Assembly: GCA_051294905.1 (NCBI GenBank)
Contig: CM119372.1
Coordinates: 6,140,001-6,204,000 of the forward strand
Origin: Botryllus schlosseri
Lineage: Eukaryota
Direction of reading: 5' to 3'
Length of the DNA stretch: 64,000 nt
Of the stretch, positions 37,901-47,811 are shown in pieces. The notes beneath the pieces are model-generated. The model made no database searches. It saw nothing but the letters and a program-made list of their open reading frames with translations, and was not told where the DNA came from. The position numbers and the translations under genes were made by a program. Numbering within the stretch: the stretch's first letter is position 1; each line of letters opens with the position of its first letter.

Positions 37901-40900
37901 TCTGCCGCTTCTACTGAGACACCCACAGGTATTTTCTACTGCGACTACGCTATAATTTTTATTCATAATAGCTAATTACATGTCTAGTTCACCAATAGGT
38001 CTTTACCTAAATGTTTTACAACACCCAATAAATTGGATATACGCCAATATTTGGTGAGGTGTCTCCATTCAATAAATGGAGGAAATTATTACTATTCTCA
38101 CTTTCAGCCACAGACAGTGCCGTGACTGCCACAAAAACATCGAATAATTATGATACTTCCACAACATTCCGTAGTTTTACCGCTTCTACTGCGACACCAA
38201 CAGGTATATGTTCCAATGTGACAACTTTATAATTTTATTCGTAATTGACAGTTACGTGATGCTTAGTTCACCGATGCTTACTTAGTTCACCGATGGGTTT
38301 TTGCGATTTTTTTTGCAACACCCCATAGTCTACATATATATGCCACTATTCAGTGAGGGGTCCCCAATGTCCGTCAAATAAGTGGCGGAAATTATTACTG
38401 TTCTCACTTTTCTGCCATAGATAGGTCAGACACTGAGGTTGCTACTAAAACATCGAATACTTATGATTCTTCCTCATCATTCCGTAGTTCTGCCGCTTCC
38501 ACTACACCAAGAGGTATGTTCCGCTGCTACTACGCTATACTTTTATTCATAATTGGTAATTAGCCTACTAGGGATGGAGCGAAGGGCGAACCCCTGAAAG
38601 TCTCTGGTTCTATAGTTAGGCAATTTAACGGCCGTTTTTGACCAGTTTGCCGAGCGCTGAATTTGATAAAACGTGTATCAATAATTGTTAATTACCTGTC
38701 TAGTTCACCATTGCATCTTTTACGAAATGCGTTGTCCCATACATTTATAGCATACGCCAGTCTTTGGTAAAGGACGTCCATCCCATTAGTTGCGGAAAAT
38801 ATTACTATCCTCGCTTTCAGCCGCAGATAGTTCTGAGACTGCCACAAAAACATCGAATACTTATGATGCTACCACAACATTCCGTAGTTCTGCCGCTTCT
38901 ACTGAGACACCCGCAGGTATGTTCTATGTGTTCTACTGCGACTACGCTATAATTTTATTCATAATTGCTAATTAGCATACTAGGGATGGTGCGAAGGGCG
39001 AACCCCTGAAAGGCTCTGGTTCTATAGTTAGGCAATTTAACGGCCATTCTTTACCAGGTTGCCGAGCGCTGAATTTGATATAACGGGTATCAATGGAAAG
39101 CTGCTGCTGTACTGATTACGAAAATATAAATTCGATTCCGCTAATCGACCCAGAACCAGAGTGGGATCAATTACAATATTTCAGTTAAATTACAATTACA
39201 ATTACTGCTGAACATGTATGTAATTGCAATTACAATTACAATTACAAATTATGTTAAACATGTAATTGATTCGGTAGAGAGGTGTTCTTTGACAGCCGTA
39301 GCGACGTAATTAGCAACGATCTCAAGCTATTCATGTTTCACTCATGATACGTAGAATACCCTTTAATTAAAAAAAGTCGAACGTATTCGAACTATTCCTA
39401 ATCATCAGTAGACTACTTAACGCTAAAAACACCGAAAAATGTTTCAAGCGACTGTTAACAGCCAAAAGTTTGAGCGACTAACAGCGGTTAGGTTACAGGA
39501 CAGTCCATGAAATGTAATCAAACGATAAGGCTACTGAGAGCTGAGTGAGGATAATGAAATGTAATTGGCAATGGGTCAGCGATGAGGATGATACCGTTAA
39601 GATGTGTAAAATTAAAATAAATGCAAAAGGAAAGAACCTCCTGATAACTACGAATTACAACATTTTGGTTCGCATTTACATTTTCACCTGCTCGGAAAGT
39701 ATTAAATTGCATTTGATGAACATGACGGTGCGAAAATTTCCGGCCCCAGTAAATTTGGTCAAGATTGGAGGTAAGATTGGGATAACATCTCAACAAGTGC
39801 GTGATCAAGTTTGATGAAACCTTGGTTGGAAACTTGAATTTCTTTTTGAAATTGTTGCACCAAGCCTCGGTACTGGTCAGAGATTTAAAATGAAGCTCTG
39901 ACCGTGGTGTAGGAAATGGTTCAGCACAGGCTTCAGAAGAGTTTATTTGTTGTTCATTCATTTTTGAAATTTAAGATTTAGTTTACCCCACTCATTCTCT
40001 AACTTTTTTAGACACGCCCCCTTTATGACAGTGCAATATTTCGTGCCCCACTTATCGTCAGATCACACAATGAAACCAGAATGTTAGCAATGCTTACAGA
40101 TAGTTTGATGGTACGGAAGGTTAAAACTGTTGCTGAGAGAATTCTCTAATATGAAATTCGGACTATACACAGAGCAATAGCTATGAAATAGAGGTGAATC
40201 GCGCTAAGCGCAGAAAAAAAATTAAGTTTACCGGAGCCTCGCGCCACCCTTCAGATGCATTCACGCCGCCCAAAGGGGGCACGCTCCCCATTTTGAGAAC
40301 CACTATGGTTGAGCCTATAATGTAATACCACGAATACCACAAGCAACAACGACGCATTGTGTGATGATTAGGGCCATTTAAAGTCATTAAAGTCATATTT
40401 TTTTCTACGCATCAGTAAGTCGTGAAATCAATTTTAACGCAAAAATTGCATCCATATGGGGTATATTAAGAAAGTTATAAAGTCATATAAAGTCATATTT
40501 TCCTGGTTAGGTCATATTTGAGTTATAAAGTCATATTGTTGTATACTTTAAATAAAAAGTGCCAATTGAAGCAATTACGCACTACGAAAGTAAGGCAATT
40601 TCTGATTGAACGAAGGCAAACTGTAAGGTTAGCCTACATAACATTACAGTCGCAGACCTATGAGGTCACACATTGCATTATGAGGTCACACATTGCATTG
40701 TGTTGCTACACAATCTGTTTTACTTCTGTGCACTGAAGTGGGACGTAATTTCAAGTTCAGAGACTTCCACAAGTGAAAGAAATAGTCAACGCATGGGGAG
40801 CTGAAGGAGTTATTGTAAAGAGCGTCAAAGATTCAGTGAACGATCTAAAGTTGACAAGTCAGTTAACAGAAATATGCCTCCACTACAACAATATTTTAAA

Positions 40901-41749
40901 CTTGATACTGAAAATGGAAAGTTGTACGTACACTATCAAAGAGGCTCATGCTGATCTAAATGCCCTCGATTTCGGAAAAGATCCGCTTGAGCTCAAAAAA
41001 TACATTAAGAAGCGATTGGACAAAAACAATGTGTAACAAATTATGGAGCTACAAATACAAGACATTTCACCAGCGCTGTATGCAAAACTGCAGAAGTGTC
41101 AACAGACATCAGCGTCTGTGGAGGCTCATTTTCCTTACCAAAGTCATTTTTACGTCCAAATGGTAACTTTAAAGACTCCAACATTCCACACACTACATGA
41201 AACTGTACTACAAAAGTGGATTAAAATAAAAATGGAGGTGTATTACTGTTATGTTGTTGATGTTTTACTCGTCAGTTCCATGAGTGACGTTGGTTACATG
41301 TAAAAATACACGATTTTCGCATAAAGTCATATAAAGTCATATTTTCCCAAAAATAAAGTCATATAATTGATTTTTTAAGGTCATATAAAAATGGCCCTAG
41401 TGATGATTCTCGATTTCATCCGTTTTGTCATATCTTATGGTGGGTTGCAAAATGAAATGATGATAGAAACTTATATCGCAGCAATGTCAAATCCATATAT
41501 TGCCATGAAATATCACTGGCGCAGTTGACCAAAAACGACTATTGAAATACAAAATTCAATTTCATTGCAGACACGCCAACGCAAGATATCACTCCACCGA
41601 TTATGGCGGCCGTGCTGGCATTCGTCATCATCGTTCTATTAGCCCTTCTCGTCTGTGTGCTGGTCAGAAAGCGCAGATCGTCAAAGAATAAGCACGACTT
41701 GTCCCACGTCAACATGCACGCTATAGGAGTCCAACCGCCCGCGCATTAA
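13828..41749 (+). CDS. Gene A (spliced, 14 exons): type-I membrane protein with signal peptide, EGF, 5 cbEGF, 5 Ser/Thr mucin-like repeats, TM helix and short cytoplasmic tail; about 533 aa
   Basis: Join 13828-13930, 19647-19736, 21460-21603, 21724-21846, 22211-22333, 24326-24448, 24809-24931, 28703-28825, 36114-36203, 37833-37928, 38108-38203, 38421-38513, 38821-38916, 41571-41749. Total 1602 nt, all GT-AG, all introns phase 1, one open frame from ATG to TAA. Linking the EGF block to the mucin/TM block is inferred from phase, order and coherent architecture. Confidence 0.78.
15100..15530. mobile_element. hAT-like MITE nested in the Academ-like element
   Basis: TIR TAGGGTTGCATTTAAAAC; TSD CTTTAGAC/CTTTGGAC. 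Confidence 0.85.
16202..17161. mobile_element. MITE with TA TSD (Tc1/mariner-type), nested in the Academ-like element
   Basis: Perfect 25-bp TIR GGGGAGATGTGGTACCGATGGATCA, flanked by TA on both sides. Confidence 0.8.
17805..18642. mobile_element. hAT (Charlie-like) MITE
   Basis: TIR CAGTGGTTCTCAACC; TSD CTCTAGTT/CTCAAGTT; relatives at 23451, 27906 and 59450-60308. Confidence 0.85.
19647..19736 (+). CDS. Gene A exon 2 (NDGSTVLKRFEDDEASANITRDIMISFGLT)
   Basis: Pyrimidine tract plus ttgcag acceptor, G|gtaagg donor, 90 nt, phase 1-1, open; conserved without indels at 53499-53588. Confidence 0.75.
20088..21235. mobile_element. hAT-like MITE in intron 2, shared with gene B (53949-55251)
   Basis: Degenerate TIRs with ATGGCTCTT subterminal repeats; same position in both paralogues; a third family member at 45407-48555. 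Confidence 0.7.
21460..21603 (+). CDS. Gene A exon 3: EGF-like domain (AVTADEACNTHNACGDNSTCTSRTTNYFLCECDRSFSPNRTSNEFNCA)
   Basis: Six cysteines in EGF spacing including CxC; poly-T ataccag acceptor; G|gtatgt donor; 144 nt, phase 1-1. Confidence 0.9.
21724..21846 (+). CDS. Gene A cbEGF exon 1 (DTDECDLAMHNCSNNATCNNTSPGFDCTCNTGYTENGIYCE)
   Basis: Calcium-binding EGF consensus D-x-D-E-C and C-x-N-x4-F-x-C; tag acceptor, G|gtaagc donor; 123 nt, phase 1-1. Confidence 0.93.
22211..22333 (+). CDS. Gene A cbEGF exon 2 (DTDECNLATHNCSNNGTCYNTSPGFDCTCNTGYTGNGTYCE)
   Basis: cbEGF consensus; intact splice sites; 123 nt. Confidence 0.93.
24117..24205 (+). pseudogene. 5'-truncated copy of exon 3 (pseudo-exon)
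   Basis: Starts mid-exon at CAATTCAACTTGC with no acceptor, has a 9-nt deletion near its end, and the donor is mutated (ggatatg). Confidence 0.85.
24326..24448 (+). CDS. Gene A cbEGF exon 3 (DTDECDLTTHNCSNNATCNNTSPGFDCTCNTGYTGNGTYCE)
   Basis: cbEGF consensus; intact splice sites; 123 nt. Confidence 0.9.
24809..24931 (+). CDS. Gene A cbEGF exon 4 (DTDECDLATHNCSNNATCYNTSPGFDCTCNTGYTGNGTYCE)
   Basis: cbEGF consensus; intact splice sites; 123 nt; overlaps ORF-track 24826..25020. Confidence 0.9.
25506..26616. mobile_element. hAT-like MITE, GTGAAC-repeat family
   Basis: TIR TAGG(G/A)ATGGTGTGAAC; perfect TSD GCCTGTAT. Confidence 0.9.
28485..28582 (+). pseudogene. Second 5'-truncated copy of exon 3
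   Basis: Same junction as at 24117; donor gtatgt retained; acceptor and first two cysteines missing. Confidence 0.85.
28703..28825 (+). CDS. Gene A cbEGF exon 5 (DTDECDLATHNCSNNATCNNTSPGFDCTCNTGYTGDGTYCE)
   Basis: cbEGF consensus; intact splice sites; 123 nt. Confidence 0.9.
32410..35365. mobile_element. hAT-like non-autonomous element nested in the composite unit
   Basis: TIR CAGTGGCGGCTCGT; perfect TSD TTCTGACC. Confidence 0.9.
33173..33689. mobile_element. hAT-like MITE (TCGAGT-repeat family), innermost in the nest
   Basis: TIR TAGGGCTGGGCA; perfect TSD GTGGTAAT. Confidence 0.9.
36114..36203 (+). CDS. Gene A Ser/Thr-rich repeat exon A (DSAETATKISNTYNHSTIFRNSAASTARPL)
   Basis: Diverged copy of the 96-nt repeat exon. 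The first AG is lost but the second (cacag) is in frame; donor C|gtatgt; 90 nt. Confidence 0.6.
36383..37657 (+). pseudogene. Ser/Thr repeat exon B, split by a 1171-bp MITE (halves 36383-36429 and 37609-37657)
   Basis: Acceptor tttcag and donor G|gtatgt are intact. The insertion has TSD CTTATGAT and its first bases (TAG) form an in-frame stop. Confidence 0.85.
36430..37600. mobile_element. hAT-like MITE, GTGAAC-repeat family, inserted in mucin exon B
   Basis: TIR TAGGGATGGTGTGAAC; perfect TSD CTTATGAT; opposite orientation to 25506-26616. Confidence 0.92.
37833..37928 (+). CDS. Gene A Ser/Thr-rich repeat exon C (AADSSETATKTSNTYDPSTTFRSSAASTETPT)
   Basis: ctttcag acceptor, G|gtattt donor; 96 nt, phase 1-1; about half S/T. 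Confidence 0.8.
38108..38203 (+). CDS. Gene A Ser/Thr-rich repeat exon D (ATDSAVTATKTSNNYDTSTTFRSFTASTATPT)
   Basis: ctttcag acceptor, G|gtatat donor; 96 nt, open. Confidence 0.8.
38421..38513 (+). CDS. Gene A Ser/Thr-rich repeat exon E (DRSDTEVATKTSNTYDSSSSFRSSAASTTPR)
   Basis: ccatag acceptor, G|gtatgt donor; 93 nt; indels relative to the sister exons preserve frame. Confidence 0.75.
38821..38916 (+). CDS. Gene A Ser/Thr-rich repeat exon F (AADSSETATKTSNTYDATTTFRSSAASTETPA)
   Basis: ctttcag acceptor, G|gtatgt donor; 96 nt; matches ORF-track 38790..38975. Confidence 0.8.
40369..41399 (+). mobile_element. Internally deleted hAT element with a transposase C-terminal remnant
   Basis: TIR TAGGGCCATTT; perfect TSD GTGATGAT; AAGTCATAT subterminal repeats. 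40773-41135 reads through one stop to CQQTSASVEAHF, resembling the hAT TSAxVERxFS dimerisation motif. Confidence 0.8.
41571..41749 (+). CDS. Gene A terminal exon: TM helix and cytoplasmic tail (DTPTQDITPPIMAAVLAFVIIVLLALLVCVLVRKRRSSKNKHDLSHVNMHAIGVQPPAH*)
   Basis: tttcattgcag acceptor in phase 1; 22-residue hydrophobic helix followed by an RKRR stop-transfer; TAA at 41747-41749. Confidence 0.88.
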
Positions 41750-44700
41750 ACCGATTTTCGATTACAAGGCGTCAGCGAAATGTTTAGGACTCAAGTCAAA
41801 TTCCTTAGCTAATGATTTCGAATAGAGAAGACAGTGACGATGAGACGGAAAAGGGTCAGTACGCGCTGAACTGTTTGAGTCATTTGACCCGAATCGGATT
41901 GATCTGAAAAACTACCGCATGGACACCTCCTTTATGTCCTGATTATTAACTTACGTTATGCGATACTTCGCGTACTGCCGCCGCAACAAAAGTGTACTGT
42001 ACTTAACACCTGCATAATTTATAACGCCGTACGAAAAAGTATTCCCCTAAATTAGAAACCATGTAACAAGCTATTCGGCCCAGTCTTGAGTTCGCAAACG
42101 TAATGAAGATGAACATTGAACAACCATGCCCGCACATGTGAATGACCACTGAAATTACGGCGGTGCATATGCACTCGCTTTGTAAGAATCCTCATCGGCC
42201 AAAATGAATCCTTCCATAGAAATATATTGATCGGCATGTTTTATTGAACGCTCCGTTTCTTTTTCCATTAGCAGTTATGATATATGGTCGGCAGGGCCCC
42301 GGAACGCTTATCGCAGGTTTTTGCAGCAGTAAGATGTCACATCTCAAACAGAACACATACAGATCAAGGTCAGGGCGAGTACTTTGCGGTCCGATTAAAT
42401 CCAGGGCGGACTGAGCATTCGAATACTTGATTGATTCGATACTGAATCGAGTATAGGCTTTGAGTCGAGTGAAGTATTGACGACGTCAGAACAGTAGACT
42501 ATATGACTTGAAGGGTCCTTCAAATATACCTGATGAATCATCATAGCCTGCGACCTTATGGAACACGATGCCAGTTAGCTTACATCACCACATTAAGATA
42601 TTTGAGCATTTCGCGGTTTTGCGTCAATGTGGATCACTATTTCAGAGAAAGAACGCTTCGATCGACGTGTGTAGCTTTATGCTACATAGGCTACTTTGGA
42701 TGCTCCTACGAAACAATCCCGCTTTCAAAGCTGCTAAGGCGGGAATAAAGTATCGATACTGCGACTCTCATTAATGGGCATTTAGGTGTCGGCCATTACC
42801 GCATCACGACACACCAAGACGTATGAAGTTTTAGGCCATATAAAAGATGCGACTCCGATAACTGTGCCACAACCATCGACAGTGAGAAAACCTCGGCCGA
42901 AAAGGACTTCCCTTATGCTGACCTTAAACTTCGATATATACATTATACATTTGTGCCTAAATGGCTGGTGTCGAGTGTTCCTGTCCCCGCAAGACAAAAT
43001 GCTATTCCACAGAGAAAAATTATCCTTCAATGAAGATATATCAACGGTGTTTTTTATTTTATTTTTATTTTAATTTTTATTTCGGGAGGGGGGAGGGTCT
43101 GATGCAGTTCTGTATCGGCCCTGATTGCACCAAGTCACAGCGTTGCTGGTCCCAATTCCTTCTCTGATTTTAACGTTTCACCTGACTCAACTCGAGTCAT
43201 TTTATTTTATCAACCAGTTAGTCCGAGTTCGAGTAATTACACGAAAGATCTCGCCCAAGTCCAAATCACAATTTTCAGTCACGAATCAACAACGGGTCAT
43301 GTTCTATCATCATGATCAGGTAATGGGATATATTAGCTGGTTTTCCACCGCATAGTAGGTTTTGAGCAGGGGTCGTGGGCCACTTTTCGAATTTCGTGGA
43401 GGCCGCGGGCCGAATAAATTCAATATCGCGATAGCATATAGGCCACACATCAGTTTAACAACCACGTTTTTAAAACTTTACGTCAGTACCATGTTGAGCT
43501 CTCTAACATGGACGACTAGCCTAGATACCACAAAAGAAATAATGTAATTCCACAAAAGCACAGATTCAACAAAAATACCATGATCACCGCTTTTAATATA
43601 TATTGAACTATGAGCAGCGCACATGAGGACACTTTTAGGCGACTACAGAATCGATATCGGGGTTAGCTTTACACGGTATTTGCAGAAAAACTAACTCTTC
43701 TTAAAACTTGGTCTTGTGGGGGATCCCCAGTCGTTTTCTAATTCTCTTGGTCTTAGCCGTGTCTACGGGCCATTGCACGTGAAGGCAATATGGCCAATGC
43801 CCATTCATATCAGCTAATTCTTCCTCCATGCTATTACCATCGCCGAAGTCGTGTCAGCTAGTGTGGGATAGTGATATTGGACACAAGAGAAGAGCTTATT
43901 TTGAATAACAATGCAACAATATTTTCAAACTGAAATCAATTTCAACATTTCAAAATGCTCTTGTCAGAGTTCTTCCGATATCTCAAGTCCGTTCGTGGCC
44001 TGCAGGCCGCGTGTTGGTGACCATTGCTCTACGTCAGTACAACCGCTCTTTAACATGGGGGACGGGCAAAGTTACCACAAAAGAAAGATTTTTTTATTGA
44101 AAAAATGCAATACCATTTTGTACTATGAGCAGCGCACGATACCTGACAACAGTCTTCAGCAACTAAAGCAGGGGTGGCCAACTTTTTTGCTACTCATGGC
44201 CGCATTTTGATTACATGTGTAGCCCAAGGCCGCATTCTAGTTCATAGTCGTAATGAACCGACTGGAGGCTAAGTACAAACGTTAAACTGTTCATGTCAAA
44301 TTGTCCATTCCCCCCGGACTAATCTATTTACTCATATCAGCTTACTATTTGCGCACGGAAATCGTGAGTAGTCATGTTATGAATAGTAACAAGGATACGT
44401 TTTCTAGTCGCGCAAAGAGCGAAAAATTCTTCATGTTCAGTTCATGAGTGAATTTCATCATTAATAGTAGTATAGTTTCACATATTACTATCACTCATTT
44501 ATCCTCCAAGGATTGATAACACCGTGTCATTTAGTGAGGAATAGTGATACTGGGCACACGAGAATAGTTTACTTTGAACAACAAGAACATGTTTAAGCTG
44601 AAATCAATTTCAGCATTTCATAATGCTTTACTAAGCATTCTTTCGAAATTTCACATAAGGTGGCGGGCCGCAAAATATGACATCGCGGGTCGCATGCGGT

Positions 44701-46118
44701 CAGCGGGCCGCGTGTTGGTGACCTCTGCTTTTGAGAGTGGTGTGATAGCAAAGTTCGATTAGTAGCTACTGTTTTTTTGGAGCAGTTTTAGAGTGAATTT
44801 TAAGTTCTCGAATCAGAAATAAGATTTGTGCCAGTTCAATATTGTCGAATGCTTGAAAATAGAAAATGCTGATGCGCGCCGCATAAAATATTCGATTTGG
44901 AGGATATTATACTCTGACACACTCGTGAGCGTATATCGTGTGGCGATTGTCTAAGCGCTGATTCCTGTGACCAGTTTAGTTCGCTCTGTTCATTCCGTTC
45001 GTACCCTAGTTTCTTATATCTGAGTTGTAAAGTGCATGTCTTAGATCCGTGTATAGTTGACTGTGACCGAATTTCAGTTAATAAAAACTAGAAAGCTGTC
45101 AAGCAGTTTCGTCTTCCTCCACCTACGCTTTCCTCGAAAGGTCAATTCATTTTTATCAACTGTTATTGATACAATCGACTCCGGAATGGCTTTCAAGAGA
45201 AGCCGGTTCTAGAATTATTACTGAGACTCTTTGAAGGTATTCAACCACTGGTGCAAAATGTTGACAAGCTTCATAAATGCAAATGAGTCTTCTTTATCAT
45301 CTACCAGCGGTACGGACACTGGATCACAATCTAGCAGTGGCCACAGCAGCGTAGTTGTCGATAAGTTGGCTATTTTGACTGATTATATATCGCCAAGCGT
45401 GTATACCAGCTGTCGGGAACAGATGGCTCGCAAGTCATATATGGATCTTTTGGGTATAAGATATGGCTCTTTGAGAAATCTTTAATTTTGTACTTAATTT
45501 ATCAATATTGCAGCAACTTGTTAGTACATTTTCATGACGGCCAGAATAATGATTCTCGTAACAACATAAAAATGTCGTTGAGAGGTCAAGGCAGTGGGGT
45601 ATCCAGGGTTAGGAACTCACACCGCCATCTTTTCCATATCCCCAAATTTATGTTGGTGTCGCACCGGCGACTAACAACACTCGCGAATTTGACCACCACG
45701 CGCCTCGAAATCTTGGACTGCGCGATACCTTGATTGGTCAAAGAGAATAGCAAAGATGGCGATGCTTGTAGGACAACGCAGTTTTCAAATACACATACGC
45801 CATAGCTTTCTTCAGTAGCTTTCTAGCACCGCCGTAAAATGTAGGTGTGTAACGCAACGTTACGTTAAGCCGAATACTTTGGAAGTCGATTAATATTCAG
45901 ATTTTTGGTATGAGCTCGACAATTACATTTGATTAATATCAGTGATTTTAAATTCTAAGCTATTTACGGCGAGTTGCGCTGTTACGCACAGGTGAGGCTT
46001 GGTCCGTCTCTCCTCTCGCATTTTATTTTCGAACAGTAAATATGAAAATTCCGTGATTTTGGGAATGAAAGAGTTCAAAATATAGTCATTCATAAACATG
46101 GATAGAAAATACTAGTAA

Positions 46119-47811
46119 TACTGGTCACCAGAATGAGAATACAAATTTTGGCATAACATCTGAGAGTCGTTACTGGGGTTTTTGAGGCTGCTGATTACAA
46201 ATATAATATTGGTTTTTCCAGGTTGGCTCTTGTTCAAAAGATAGTTATACCTCTAAAAAGCCTAAAATTTCTGTATTTACCCTTGAATATTTCACTTGGT
46301 AGGTAGAAAATCGTAGTTTTTTTCTAATTTTATATTCCGCATAAATAGATCATTGACTATGAAGAACTCTCATGTCGTTCTCAGTCATTCTATCAATATT
46401 AACATGAACTGACGAGAAATATTTATTTGCCAAAAAGCAGTTTGTCAAGCCTAAAGATTGTACTTTTGCACAATGGAAATACATATTCTCCTGTATCAAT
46501 TGGTCATTCTACCAAGATTAAAGAGAAGAATAAAGCTACAAAATTTGTCCTTGAAGAGCTTAACTACAATATTCATATGCGTCTCATTTCTTTAAACTTG
46601 TAAATGGACAATTTTCTGCTGAGTGAACAAAGTGGGTATACCTAGTAACCAGAGGTGGTCAAAGTAGTCACCGTCGCTACTCAAGTAGAAGTAGAAGTAA
46701 CGCCGGAATTTCTACTCAAGTAGAAGTAGGAGTGGTGGTTCACAAGTAAGTAAGTAGATATTCTACGCTTATTTTTGCCTACAAAACTGAAAACTGTCAA
46801 GTAGAAGTAGAAGTAGTCTAAAATCATAACTACTTAAGAAGTAGTTTGAGTAAGCAAAATCTACTTCAAGTACTTCAAAAAGTAGAAGTACTTCGTTACT
46901 GACCACCTCTGCTAATAACCCTATCAAACGAGAAGCTTAAATCTGGTAGCTTTGATAGATTTCAGATTCGAATACCGATGAAAGATCCCAATTTCATATT
47001 AGGAAGGAGTTCACTGCTTTAAATTTCTCCTAACATGTGGTGAATAAAACTTTTCAGATGATCACAAAGCACCCAGCTACAAACAGTTGGTCCGAAAATT
47101 CGTATCTGCATATGCAAAAATTGGAATAAATATGAGCATAAAAGTTCACTTCCTGTTCAGTCATCTTGATATATTTCCGGATCATCTTGTTGATTAGCAA
47201 GGGGAGAGGTTCCACCAAGACATCAAAACAACAAAAGAAAGATATCAGAAAAGATGAGATAAAATGTTATGGCAGACCATTGCTGGAACCTTGCGAGAAA
47301 CTATACTGAATTGCTTACGGGCGAAAATCGTACAAAAAACAATTGTGCTTCAAAATAAATTGATACTATTATGTTCTAACTGATTATTTCAAATTTGCAA
47401 TACATGGTTGACGTAAAACTGATGTAATCAATACCACGTTATTTGAGTATCTAAGTAAATACTTTTATCCATAACTGGAGTTTATTCATGTACATGATAT
47501 CCGTGAAAGTCAATAACTATGATAAATCCAATACCCCTAAATATAGTGCTGCTGTAATATTTTGATTTAAAGGAGTCTTCTGTGTGTAAAAATAACAAAA
47601 AGATTGAATTTCTAAACTTTATAGTACGACTGAGCCGATTTTTTATCTAGCCATTATAGCGAAAATAGGAGATTTTGGTCTAAATAGCCCCATGGGATAT
47701 CTGCAAAATAAGAGCCCACTTGAAAAAACCAAGGTCACATGGAATCACTGTCCTTCAGAACTCCCAAAACCACTCTTACTTTGTCTGCCTGAAAATATGC
47801 GTTGACCAGTG
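46119..47811 (+). mobile_element. Decayed, internally deleted Chapaev3 (CMC) transposon
   Basis: Ends (C/T)ACTGGTCA and GTTGACCAGTG with TAA TSD. Remnant peptides NFLLSEQSGYT (about 46610) and NMSIKVHFLFSHLDIFP..QGERFHQDI..MADHCW (47060-47290) contain stops. Confidence 0.8.
46650..46911. mobile_element. hAT-like MITE inside the Chapaev3 remnant
   Basis: TIR CAGAGGTGGTCA; TSD CTAGTAAC/CTAATAAC. Confidence 0.88.

Noticed and set aside
39518..39961. 147-aa minus-strand ORF with a BED-finger-like SSNLITHL
   Set aside because: Metal ligands are incomplete and it lies in repeat-like DNA; at most a decayed hAT fragment.
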